Shown here: positions 23,795 to 35,969 of the stretch, one piece after another
Numbering within the stretch: position 1 is the first letter of the stretch
Layout of the letters: each line of letters begins with the position of its first letter
Source of the DNA: Phoronis australis
Taxonomy: Eukaryota > Animalia > Phoronida
Length of the DNA: 64,000 bases
Assembly (NCBI GenBank): GCA_002633005.1
Contig: NMRA01000187.1
Coordinates: forward strand, 9,546-73,545
Direction of reading: 5' to 3'
Notes under the pieces: model-generated
What the model was told of the DNA's origin: nothing
Database searches by the model: none
The model's input: the letters and a program-made list of their open reading frames with translations, nothing else
Made by a program: the position numbers and the translations under genes

Positions 23795-25163
23795 CCTATA
23801 CCGACACCCGTTTCGTGGAGTTTTTAACATAAATGAAACAGTACTACGTGTAGTACACGTAACCTAAATAAGCAGTTCTCTGTCTATCAATCAGCAGACA
23901 TTTTACTGTCGCGTTTTCTGGCATTAAGAAAATTCCACCGACGAGCCTGTTCCCATTAGTCGGTAAATATAGGATTACAACAAATAAAAATTTGCTGTCA
24001 ATGAAGAAAAGTCTTCTTTAGTAAATTATTGCCACAACAGTGCAGAACCTCGCAGACTTCAAACGAAAAACTTGATGGAAGAGTTCACCAAGGTTACAAA
24101 GGCCCTACTCCGAAGGTTCATTACAAGACTATGTCATTTATCAGGAAATTGAGGAAAACATGGAGCCGTAGAGTCATCGTCGTGTATACCGTACTTCTAT
24201 GCTGCCGATCGAGTTTTAAAGCGGCGAGTGCGCTACGGAAAAATGGCGGACGTTTGCGAAATATGATCAACAGGTCCAGCGTTTTAGAAATTCGAATCAC
24301 CCTAAGTGCAATGGTGTCTACAACCCTGCATTCGGAGTTGTTATGGAGTTGGAAAAGGTCAGCAAACACTGAAGCATTTTCCCGAGACGTTGATGGTTAC
24401 GGTCTTATTGCTGGTAGTGGATATGGGAAACTTTTATTGTGGATGTCGGGCATGAGCTGTCTTACTACATCTCTTGTAGCCGCGTCTGACTACAGGGATA
24501 AGTTAAAAGCCGTTTGCATAATACACTTTATTATTTAGTTGGAAGCGATGAAAAGTGTCCGAACAAGCGTTGAAAAGGAGAAACCGAAAAGCAGTTGTCT
24601 GTAATGAAGAAAAACTCACAGAGTACTCGGTAAGCAAGCGTAATTAACAAGCACTATATACCAAGAGCGTTAGAAAAACTCGCGACAATGACTCTATGAC
24701 AGGCAAATACTACATGTACCTCGCTAATACACAATTAACTGGAACCCGTACTATCTATTCTACAACTGGAAACCATTACCATGCACAAACAACTGCCTAA
24801 CTGCGACCCGTAACTACTTATTCTATGAACCGGGTACCGCGCAACATATAAGCCAAACAAGCAGCTGAATGAAACTATACGTAAACCACAAGCGTCCTCA
24901 GCTTCTGATCGTCCCCAATACACTACATATAACACTACAAGGTATGAGACTCCCGACTAGAAATTCCACGGGTGCTTCACTTCAGCCGTCCATAGCTAGC
25001 AAATATAAAACTCAATAAATTTACACAAAACAGAGGTTCAACAAACCACGAAGAATTGTTATTTCTCCCAATGCCATTCACGGTGTCCTGTTACGGCGAC
25101 TTCGTAAGACATTCGCAGTCAAAGAACAAAAATGTTCACAAGAAGCCCCCACACACTTTCATC

Positions 25164-25322
25164 GTGGGCCGCTCGAGGTCAAGGACGGTACGGAAATTGC
25201 TGGTGAGTTACGGAAGTACTCAATAGTTTTTCTACTGGCGGCTAAGTGTAGAGTTATCGACATCGTGACTTTACGTGACAAACCGGCAATTTCCGTACCG
25301 TCCTTGACCTCGAGCGGCCCAC
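25164..25322. mobile_element. Palindromic MITE-like element (41-bp arms)
   Basis: GTGGGCCGCTCGAGGTCAAGGACGGTACGGAAATTGC(T/C)GGT and its reverse complement ending at 25322. Confidence 0.8.
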
Positions 25323-25365
25323 TATTAAACAGTTGTACTTAAATTGTGCCCACTCTTCATTATTA

Positions 25366-26010
25366 TGTAACGGGGGCGGTATCTACGACCAAGGCGCCCC
25401 GATTTTACGAGCCCGGTGCGGACTGAGGGTGATATTGAAAACTAAAAGTTGGTGAATAATACATAGGTTTATTGCCAGAATATATAACTACAATATTTCA
25501 CACTTACAAGCAATCCAGTTGTTCCATGATTTAGTATCGCAGCGTTGTGATTTATACAGCTCTGATACACGGGCAAGCCAGTCGCTGATTAATAGTTGTG
25601 TGTGCAAGAACGGGGCAATTTGGTTACTCAGATCCGAAAGGTGAGATGCAATCAAGCTCGGGAGGAGCCCGAGAATTGCATGGGGCTAAACTATTGGCAA
25701 CCAAGTTCGGGAGGAGCCCGAAAGCAGCCCAAACAGTTGCAATTTGGTGTGAGTGAAGGTGTACATGTTTGCTTCTTGAACTCTGCGACTGGACTCCTCG
25801 TGTCTGACAGAGACAAAGCTTAAGTACTCAATTTCAACCAATCAGACACGATCTGAAGGGCAAGGCCCATAGCTCCTAGCTTCTGACCATATTTGGCCAT
25901 GTCCAAAGGACTCAGCATCATAGGAAAATTCCATACGTAATACACTGCTTGACCACTAGAGGGCGCGTATATCTTACTTACATAATCATGTTCAGGGCAC
26001 TCCTGTTACA
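25366..26010 (-). mobile_element. Solo LTR (Gypsy-like)
   Basis: TGTAAC...GTTACA termini, 4-bp TSD ATTA on both sides, AATAAA on the - strand near 25470. Confidence 0.8.
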
Positions 26011-26637
26011 ATTATGACTGACAAAAGCTAGAATATTTATGCAGTCGGTGGAACCGTAATTGCAAGAGATTCCTAATCTTCAGTTTGACTATAACCAAAT
26101 TTGAGCTTTTTTATAATTTATGATTGAGTTCTGAAAGGGATTAAATTAAAAGTAATGACGCGTTTAATATTGTTCACTGTGAATCATTAAGCGTAGCTAA
26201 TATTTAAAGTTCAGAGCGGGATTCATAATTAATTAAACTAAATTAAGTTTCGCTGGCCATCAAAATCTACCATTGTTTTGGTACATATACTTCAAGTTAA
26301 AAAAATAACATAAAAAGATATTAACCCGTTCTCGGTAAGAAAAAACAAGTGGGCAGGGGTATTGAAAACGAAACAACTAAAACCAGTATGAAACATTTAA
26401 AACCTTCGTTTGTTTTGGAAGTGGCACTTGGTCTGTTTAGCCATTTTGTAATATTTGAAATGTAACTGTAGGAACAACAACGCTAATGGAACCGGAACTC
26501 AATATATTTATCTCTAAGTCTAAAGAGCTGTAATACTACATCTCCTCCCAAGATAGTTTAAGAATATGTGTAAACGCTTTAAGCAATAAATGTCTTGAAC
26601 TATGTTAATGTCTTAATCACTAAGCGCTGAAAATTAA

Positions 26638-27937
26638 TCAAATGTTCAGAGGTTCAGGCGATCCACTGGTTTTATAACCCGTTGAGAACGTCGTAGTTGT
26701 TGGGTCTGTGGGGTGTCTTACGGTAGGTGGGGTTGATGCCGGGTTTGAAAATGGTTTGGGGGTCGTCTCTTTTGGTATAAAATTCTCTGGTGAGGCATTT
26801 TTCATATTTCCGGTATGAATCAACGCTGACCGGTTACGGCGAATTGTAGCACCGAACTCTGTGACGACAAGGTAAGATCTCGGGTTTGTCGAACTCTCTT
26901 TCACTTCACCGTGTTTGTCTTGATCGCGCACCCAGACTTGGTCTCCAACACCTAATACTGGTAGGGACATAGTTCGGTGTCTGTGGTCGAAGTTTGCTTT
27001 GTTCTTTGAGTTAAGCCGAGTTTCTTTCGCCCTTACGGACTGATCATCGATAGAATTGTGAAGAAGTGCTTTAGGCATGATCGGCAAAGTTGTTCGGAGC
27101 CGTCGGGACATGAGTAGTTGACTCGGAGACTTTCCATTGTGAATAGGCGTCGATCTGTATGCCAGGAAACCTAGGTGAGGATCAGTATTCTTTTTCAATA
27201 TGTTCTTTGCAGTTTGGACTGCGCGCTCGGCTTCTCCGTTGCACTGAGGGTAGAGAGGTGAGGATGTAACATGAACGAAGCCGTAGTCTTTGGCAAACAT
27301 GTCAAAGCTTTCACAAGCATACTGGGGGCCATTGTCGGATATAACAATGTCTGGTATTCCATGTGTACTGAATATTGACTTGAGTGCTTCAATCGTGTGT
27401 TGCGCAGTTGTCTGGCTAAGTCTTCGAACTTCGATCCATCTGGAGAAGTAGTCTACCACAAGGACGTAGTGTTGTTTGTTCAGTTCGAACAAGTCGGTTC
27501 CAATTCGTTCCCAGGGTCGGGAAGGAAAAGATGAAGGCAACAAGGGCTCCTTCGTCTCTGGTCTGTGAAGAGCACAGGTTAGGCACTGTTTACACATTGC
27601 CTCAATCTGTGTACTGATGCGTGGCCACCAAACAGATTCCATGGCTCTTGCTCGGCACTTCGTTATCCCTAGATGACCTTGGTGGATTTGGTTTAGCACC
27701 TCCAACTGCATCGACTGGGGAATAACAATACGGTCGTTGTACATCAGTAGTCCATCTATGATGGTGAGATGTTGCTTTTTCTCGTAGTAAGGTTTCAGTA
27801 GCGTATCTGCAGAGAAAGCAGGCCAACCATTTTGGCAGTACTTGATGACTTCACCACATGTTGCATCGCTACGTTGTGCTTCTTTGATCTGATTCAGACG
27901 ACCTTGTGTTGCAGGTAAGTATTTAACTGTATACTCA
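26638..27937 (-). pseudogene. Gypsy pol 3' part: uninterrupted integrase reading frame
   Basis: HHCC zinc finger (IHQGHLGITKC...CKQCLTC) and D-D-E core (GTDLF, SDNGPQY, EAERAV). The 5' part of pol is missing; the ORF-track ATG comes from the neighbouring insertion. Confidence 0.93.
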
Positions 27938-28426
27938 GCTAGTTTATGCAATAAAATTCTAAGTTAAGGGCTAAAATGAGCCGTCAGTGGAATAAAGTTA
28001 CAAATAATCATTAAAATACTAACTTTAACATTCTCAATTAGTTGAGTTTTGGATTAGAGTTATTGAATTTGAAATATAGGTTGCTTGCTCAAACTTGAAG
28101 TTTCACCTACGTCAGGCGTACAAGTTGAAGCACAACAGAAATCCGCCATGTTTACTATTTCAGGTCCTTGAATTCAGAGTTTTGAGATTGTTTTGGAAAT
28201 TCCATCGCCAAATCACCACTCACGAAGACAGTTAATGGGATCTAGGAAAGATAAGGCTTCGAAGGTTTATGCAACACCAGACTGAGGGAGGTGCACGCAG
28301 ATTTTATTTGGATTTTGGACGGTTGAAGTTGGGAGTCTCGGCTTTGCAAAGTTTAAGTGTCCAACCTTTATGTTTTCTTATATATATATATTGTGACGTC
28401 ATTTGCGATAAACCCAAGCGCCTGTG
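27938..28426 (-). mobile_element. Left-end half of the CACAGGCGC-TIR MITE (same family as 34857-35968)
   Basis: Reverse complement of about 34857-35340. Its terminus GCGCCTGTG abuts the Gypsy 5' LTR. Confidence 0.9.
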
Positions 28427-28684
28427 GTAGGAACAACAACGCTAATGGAACCGGAACTCAATATATTTATCTCTAAGTCTAAAGAGCTATAATACTACAG
28501 TAACAAGTTAAATCTCTCTCCACAGTTACACGTTGTGTAATGACAGAGAGAACCAATGTAATTACAACCTCCATTGTTGAGATTGCAGTGTTAACTATTA
28601 CTTTGCTCATATCCATACCAATACTAAGGGCGTGCATCATGAAAGTTGCCTTGGCTAAGGGAATCTGAGCAGCGACCAGTGTAA

Positions 28685-28810
28685 GTGAGAACTTCTCCAC
28701 CTGGCGGCGCCTGAAAAAATCGACTGCCAGCAGACTTTGCAGGACATCTGCCACAACAAACGGGCAGTCCCTAACCTTCCACCTCCAAAGGAACACGTCG
28801 ATTACCTCAG
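28685..28810 (-). pseudogene. Decayed retrotransposon aspartic-protease fragment
   Basis: Reads ...CPFVVADVLQSLLAVDFF, resembling the Gypsy protease FVVADVxQPILGADFL motif. Confidence 0.4.
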
Positions 28811-29069
28811 CCTTGAGGCCCCGACGGTGGTAATTGACCTTTGTATATTCTTGATTCACTACTGGTAGTCACAGGGAAGCCCCACGAATTTGCGGTCCTT
28901 CGGGTATTAGACTCCCGCGAAGTACACCAGAGAAAGGAGTGTTGCATCGGCTATAAAGGTGACCCATGGGCCCTCGACCGTTACCGTCGATCCGTACCGC
29001 CGGCAGGTTCTTGTACCTCGGTTCTTCTGCGTGTTATATCTCATGTAGTAGTGCCATAAGTATCATATG

Positions 29070-32000
29070 TATGGGCAGCGAAAAGGTTCAAAATATACAC
29101 CAGTGCCAAATAAACAAGTGGTTTGACAAACAGACAAGTGGTTTGCTATCCAGACAACGGTGAATCGTCAAATAAACAGGTCAAGAATGCTATGGTTTTC
29201 CAAACAGACAAGTCAACTTTGCAGATTTTGCCGGATAAACAAGTGCCTACTGTTGAACAAACAAGTAAGTTGGCAAATGATTGAGTAGGTTACCAAACAG
29301 ACAAGTAACCTTGTAGGCTCAACTTGTCGAACAGACAAGTCATATGTTAAACGAACAAGACAAACACGGCAAACCAACAGAGGGCGCCACTTGAAAACGA
29401 ATGACGTCACGGAGTCTCAATCTGACTGATCCCCAAACCTGCATTATGTTATTGTTATTTCCCTTGGGATGGGATAAAGCTGGTGAGGCTTTGCTGCGCA
29501 TTTACTAGGTAAGCCAACTGCTTTGCGCCACTGGACGCTTTGTAGCTGAAAGGTAAGATCATGACTATTTCTGCTTTATTCTCTAGAATTTGCATTGCAA
29601 TCAATAAAATAGAGTAAAACAACTGCTGAATTGTTAAGAAGCAACACCTTTCATATTTTGTTTTTTGTTTTGGCAGACATCAACCTGAGTCAGATAATAC
29701 AGTTTGTGTTCATTTTGTGAGATTAAATGATAAATGATAAGGGGTATCTGTTTTACAGTCGTATTTAGCCATCTTGTCGAACTTAAGTTTTCCATTCCTA
29801 ACCTCAGACCAACAAGTGAGGTCAACGGTTGTGTTATATTGGAGGTAGCGCAATATACTTCAAGTTCTGCATGCGCCGCAATCCCCGAGCTTCCGTCTCA
29901 GAGTCAGGTCCGGGGTTTTGTACAAGGCCGGTTCATGGTAACCCCTGAACTTATAGATACGTAAATGTATGCATGCGTTTATGTTAAATTTGAATGTAGA
30001 TATTTATGCGTGTATGTATTCATGTATATGTATATGTATTCAGGCTTTTGAAAATGAAAGAATATAGCCGTTACTTGCCTTCGTGTTAAATTGTATTTCA
30101 GAAAATAGCCTTTGCTATGCAATTCAGAGTTGAATACCAGTTATACAACGAATGAAGACGCTAGTGTGTCCGACCATTTTGTGATGGAATTAATTAAGGC
30201 TATCAGAGAAAAACTTTGGAACACCCGGCCAGTAGCCGAATCCACGGAAACCGGATGATGAGACCGAATAGTATCTTTTACATCATTGTTTCATGGAGAC
30301 CATTCAGTGTGCGCTGCCCTGATTCGCTGATTCTTGGAACAGTTACAGCATTCGAACGGAAAACAATAAATCTCCAACTCAACTGTTTATGAGTGGTCTG
30401 CATAGAATGAGATAAGTCAACTACCTGATTCCAAATGAGTACTTCGAAACGTTCTGAGGTGAGAGTAAAAGCCTTCGTGACCTATATTTTTAATTGTTGC
30501 AGATGTGCTCAGAATTATTCGCTCTGTAGCTAAACGAGTGGCTTCATTTGGTTTTTTCGTTCACTACATAATAGTGCAACAACTTTATTTGTCTTTGGCA
30601 TTTTAGACAACACAAATTCCTTGCAGACATCTTTCACGGTGTCAGTATGCCAGCAATGGTGTCGTATCTACGTTTGCACTTTAATACTTTTTACATAAAT
30701 GAACGCTTACGACTAACGATGAACCATGTGCGTCAGCTTAACAAACACTGTGACTGTTGTTTTTGGTACGTCCCATGAATTTTGCTTTAGTGAGTTTGAT
30801 TTGGTCACTTTATTTCTTGACAGGCTGGAGTCTCAGAATTTGATATCGACGCTACTACACCGCCTGCGCCACACAATAATGAAGAAGGTGTAGTTGTACA
30901 GAGTATTCAAAGTCCCCTAACGGAAGAACAGATGGTGTTGTTGAATGACCAGATAGAAGCCATTCAACTAAGGAAATCTCCAACCTTATTCACAAAAATT
31001 GGCCATTTGTAAAATATTTCACGTGTGTCTAGCAAAATACTTTACATTCATTCTCGGGGAACTCCAAATACAAAATATACACTGAAAGCTAGAAAAAATA
31101 AGATTTAACAGAACCACCTTGGAACGGCACAATGTACTTTTGTTATGCATTGGCAGTCAGACACGACATATAGCCTCGAATACATTAAATTGCATGAGGA
31201 TTTTGTTGTTTCTTGTACTGTACTCTTTCTTGCTTGAAACACCGCAACTTGGGGTTTTTTCACGGGCGTCGAAGAATGCATTAGTGAGGGACACGTCCAT
31301 TAGCGAAGCCAAACTATGTATTAACATGTTAGACAAGGCGAACAGTGATCAAGGCTATGAAATGTCTTAAACTATATCAGAGGTATGTTTTAAAGATACA
31401 AAATATCAGAACGACCGATCACATGCAATTCTTCGCTTTCGCTTCTAATTTTTAACCTGGGCACCAAGATTTTAAAATATACTTCTTCGATCTACATTTT
31501 GACCTGACGAATTAAAGAATTATTTTCTCATTAAATCGTTATTACAATGCGCCTTTTTATACAGGATTTCATTTCCATTACCAACAAGAACATCGAAACC
31601 ATCAGCTACTCAAGTAGCACTTCATAGTTTACTGTATTTGGTCATTCCTATTTCGAACATGGTGCGTGTAAGCCTGTGCATCCCACTTGATTTCAGCTGG
31701 TAACAGAAATGGAATCAGAAGTAAGAAATATTCGATTTTTAGAACGCTAAATGGGGAAATGCAGCCGTTTTTCAAACTACAGTTTTTACATTGCGTTTTC
31801 AAAGTCTGCTCATCAGACAAGAATTTCCCCAAGTTCACTTTGTTGCTTTCATTAAACTTAACTTGTTCAAACAAAGTGCATTTGAAAAATGCTTGAATTG
31901 CTAAAGCTGTCACAGTTCGACACTTGGAAACTCAGTCGGATTTTTCAACGTACTTCTTACTGAAGATGTGTTTACATGGGCACGCACTGTGCCGAATCAT

Positions 32001-34400
32001 TTACAGGTGCGTCGCTAAAGTGCGAGAGCAACAGAAGATTCATCCAGTATTGAAACAAATTAAAGATTTTAAACGTCAAATTTTTAACCGCAAATTTTGT
32101 CGAACTTCGACGGTGACATTTTTTATGAACTACTGTGTACGCATGTGTAGTACGAGCGTCTTACTCAATACACCTTCGACGGAATAATTTGACCCAGTTC
32201 TCAAAAAATAACTTTGACCCTTGTATTAATTAATATCCAGTGATATTTTGAGCTTTGACATTGTATTTCATCCATAAAAAAGAAATTCAAATCGTATTTT
32301 TGTGAACTTCGAGTACAGAGCCAGTTAGTAAGGAAAGCTTGTGACTGCGACACATTTTAATGCCGAACAACACGCAAAAACCTATCCGTTGTCAGATAAA
32401 ATGACAAAAATTGTTAATAGCCCTAAGAAAACCCCGTTATGGGCAGGGCAAATTTATCAGATGCAAACACGATCATATTATTGGCGTTTTTGGAAACTTT
32501 ACAAACTTGAAAACTCTTGCTTGGATGGCGCTCTCTCTACAGACGTTTTGCGTCCTTTGTACAGCTGTTTCTCCGCAAATGTGCATAAACGTTGGTAACC
32601 AGACTTTTTCTCAACACAGTTCAGGGGCTACGATGTCGGTGTTTATATGTGTCCATTGTTTTTAATGTTTAAGGCTTTTTGAAAATTTGTGCTTGGTGCC
32701 AGAAAATAATATTATGCTTTTATTTTAACAATGGAAACGACGAAGAACTAAAATATTATTGCACTATATAGATCTATATTGAGAACAAACGATGTAATAA
32801 ACCTAACAGGTGACATCAAGTTCTGCTATACTAGTTCTACCGTATTGTTAGTAAAGTTGCTGACATTTGACGCATTTTTTTCTGTCCTCGTCCTCTTCAC
32901 GGGGCTGTATATTCCTGAGGCATCATTAAACAGCACCCAACTGTTTCAATTTGTCCATACCACACTATTCGCAGTAAACAACCTGTAATTTGGAGCGCGA
33001 ACCACTGGCGATGATGAGCAGTTCAAAACCACCGGCATCTTGTTAAGCAGGAAAGGTTCTGCAATGAAGTTAGACAATTTTCAAACATTATATTTTAGTG
33101 ACTTTGGACTAAATGTCTGCAAAATAGCACACTAGATTTTTCAAATAGTTATTTTCAGTCATAAAGAAAATAAGGCGGTCACATTCCACTGGACTAAGCC
33201 GTACGTGACAGATAAACTTACTCCTGCAATTTTCCTTGGCATGGTCGGCATCACGTCTAATGTGCCAAAGAAATATTAAAAATACTAACGAGTTCGTTCA
33301 AGACGCATTAAAACGGCCTCGACAGCGCAATCAAAAGGTGAACAATTTTCGAAACAGCATAAGGTTGGATTACTATGACCTTTCCAATAGGTGTCAGGTT
33401 TCGTCTTGACCAATTTCTTAACAGAACGTTTACCTATTTTAAATTATCAAAATAATTTTGATTAACCATGTCTTTCAAATTAACTTGAAACCAACTTCAA
33501 GGAAGATTTTTTTGTTCATGAAAGATTTATTTTGGTGTAACCATGGTAAGAGTAACACCTGGAAATGTGTTGTGAAAATAGGAATAAAATCTCAAAAACG
33601 TTTTTCTACTTTGTCATTTTTGTTTTATGGAAAGTTGATTGTTTTCATAAAAATAAAGGTGTCGTGTTTTTGATAGACCGTCATGTAAAAGTGGAATATT
33701 TTAAGAGCAAATTATGTTTGTGCTCAATACAGGTTGCACTATAGGTTAATCATTTAATCATTGGTGCTGACATATATTGCCCACAGGGAGCCTCAGCTTC
33801 TGATCGTCCCCAAAATGCCGATGCGTACTGTTATAACCAATGAGATAAATATAGCTGATTGGTCAATGGTGTTCCACGCGAATTGGTAAGGAGTTATACG
33901 ATGAGTTACTGATGGGCGGCAATTGCCGGTTCATCACGGAAGATTAGGTGGTACTGAACTGTTAGACTCGGGCCGCTAAAATCTATGGGTAAGCCAGGCT
34001 TGGGGATCTTGGTTAGGTATTGTATGTAGATCAAATGAATATGGCTTGTTTGTATTTGAGAACATCTTAAGGTTGAAAATAGACCACTTGCTCGGCTGTA
34101 GCTGCAGTGTTCTTCAAGATGGTGGCCCCCTGTTGCATATCTGGGTAGCAACTGAGAAATTGGCTGCGATTTCATGTAGCCCTCAAACAAGCCAGATCTG
34201 CAGAAAAACAAGTTGGTTGACAGTACNACTGCTTTGGCAAGACCAACATGTTCATTCGACTTGACTAACCTTTCTGTTTGATAGAAGTGACCTGTTCGTT
34301 CGACAAGTAACCTGTCTGTTCGGCGCAACTAACTTGTTCGTTCGCTAAATAACCTGTCTGTTTGTCGAAAATAAACCAAATAACCTGTCTGCTTGTCAAA
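29070..34400 (+). mobile_element. Large decayed IS3EU-like DNA transposon (boundaries approximate)
   Basis: Starts TATGGGCAGCGA followed by many AAACAGACAAGT subterminal motifs (29110-29370). The same motifs occur inverted at 34240-34400. Spliced integrase-core relic inside. Right TIR not found. Confidence 0.5.
30278..30965 (+). pseudogene. C-terminal part of an integrase-core (IS3EU-type) transposase in two exons
   Basis: LHHCFMETIQCAL.*FADSWNSYSIRTENNKSPTQLFMSGL (30278-30400), donor near 30459, then cttgacag| AGVSEFDIDATTPPAP...EGVVVQSIQSPLTEEQMVLLNDQIEAI (from 30824). Confidence 0.6.
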
Positions 34401-34856
34401 ATTTTAAAAACGATTCGTCATTGTTTTAGTTAGATTGAATTTTGTAGCAGTCAGCACTACGTTTTTAAAAGTGGTAGTTATAATCCTTGTAGCTGCGAAC
34501 ATCCGTATTTGTCGACTCGTTTATGTATCAAAATCAAGACTTACCTCCCTTGTCATGCATACTCGGGAATTGCCCTATCGATGGAATACCGCAAATAGAA
34601 TCACGACGCATGCGGGCGATATTGAAGTACATGTAGTATTATCCCATTTAAGCCCAGTGGGTCATATGTGGAACACCATGATTCGCGAACCATAAAACAT
34701 TGAAAATCAGAGATATTGAGCCAATTTTTTTAACTATGTTAAAATAATTAATCATTTAACTACTAGATGTCGCTCTCAAGCCATTAAACCAAGTTTACTA
34801 TTGTAATCATTGTCATTGTATCGCCATATAGCACTTCTGACAGCGCATGATGACTG

Positions 34857-35968
34857 CACAGGCGCTTGGGTTTATCGCAAATGACGTCACTCAATAATAT
34901 GTATAAGAAAACATAAAGGTTGGACACTTAAACTTTGCCAAGCCGAGGCTCCCAACTTCAACCGTCCAAAATCCACATAAAATCTGCGTGCACCTCTCTC
35001 AGTCTGGTTTTGCATAAACCTTCGAAGCCTTATTTTTCCTAGATCCCATTAACTGTCTTCGTGAGTGGTGAATTGGTTATGGAATTTCCAAAACAATCTC
35101 AAAACTCTGAATTCAAGGACCTGAAATAGTAAACATGGCGGATTTCAGTTGTGCTTCAACTTGTACGCCTGTCGTAAGTGAAACTTCGAGTTTGAGCAAG
35201 CAACCTATATTTCAAATTCAATAATTCTAATCCAAAACTCAACTAATTGAGAATGTTAAAGTTAGTATTTTAATGATTATTTGTAACTTTATTCCACTGA
35301 CGGCTCATTTTAGCCCTTAACTTTATTACATAAACTGGCGTATCTTGTTTCTCATCTTGACATCAAGCACTTTTTTGATTGAAGCACAACACACACTCGG
35401 CCAGGAAACGCATTCCGTGCAAGTATTACAATGCGCGTGGCCGACGAGTTAAATCAATGCTTTTGGCCAAAAGTAAAACCTTCACAAGAAATCACAGTAC
35501 ACAAAAAACTTCGCATATCAATACAGTATCAGGATAATTTATATTTGACACAAATATGTGAGTAATTACATTTATTTGGCAATAAAGTGCTCCCTGCTTC
35601 TCATGATCAAGTAGTCGATGGATTGACGGCGAAAGTCGCGCGAAATTAGACTTTCGGATTTAGCTCGGGAGCGTCCGTCAAAACCCGGATGTGCGAAGAC
35701 CGTCTGCCATGACATCACGGAATTAGGTCCTTGAATTTGTGATTTTGGCATTCTTTTGGCATTTTTGTTGCCAAATCACCACTCGAAGGCAATTTGAAGA
35801 GATCAAATAAAAGAAGGTATTCTAAGAGTTGTTCGATGCTAGTTTCGGGGAGTTCCATGCACATTTGAGTACAAAATTCTGAGCAAACAGATTTCGAGTG
35901 TCCAACCGTCATGTTTTCTTATATATATTATTGAGTGACGTCATTTGCGATAAACTCAAGCGCCTGTG
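34857..35968. mobile_element. 1.1-kb non-autonomous DNA transposon (P- or hAT-class) with ~58-bp TIR and 8-bp TSD
   Basis: CACAGGCGCTTG(G/A)GTTTATCGCAAATGACGTCACTCAATAATAT...AAGAAAACAT at both ends. Perfect TSD GATGACTG (34849-34856 and 35969-35976). Confidence 0.93.
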
Positions 35969-35969
35969 G

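Larger units (their letters stand above)
26467..28499 (-). mobile_element. Ty3/Gypsy LTR retrotransposon, internally deleted, with 74-bp LTRs
   Basis: LTRs at 26467-26540 and 28427-28499 (TG...CA, 1 mismatch). 5-bp TSD GTAAC at 26462-26466 and 28500-28504. Polypurine tract GGGAGGAGA next to the 3' LTR. Integrase ORF inside. Confidence 0.93.

Noticed and set aside
23129-23830. 233-aa ORF
   Set aside because: Almost entirely the N gap.
26638-27951. Domesticated stand-alone integrase gene starting at ATG 27951
   Set aside because: The ATG lies in the inserted MITE fragment, and near-identical LTRs explain the open frame by youth rather than selection.
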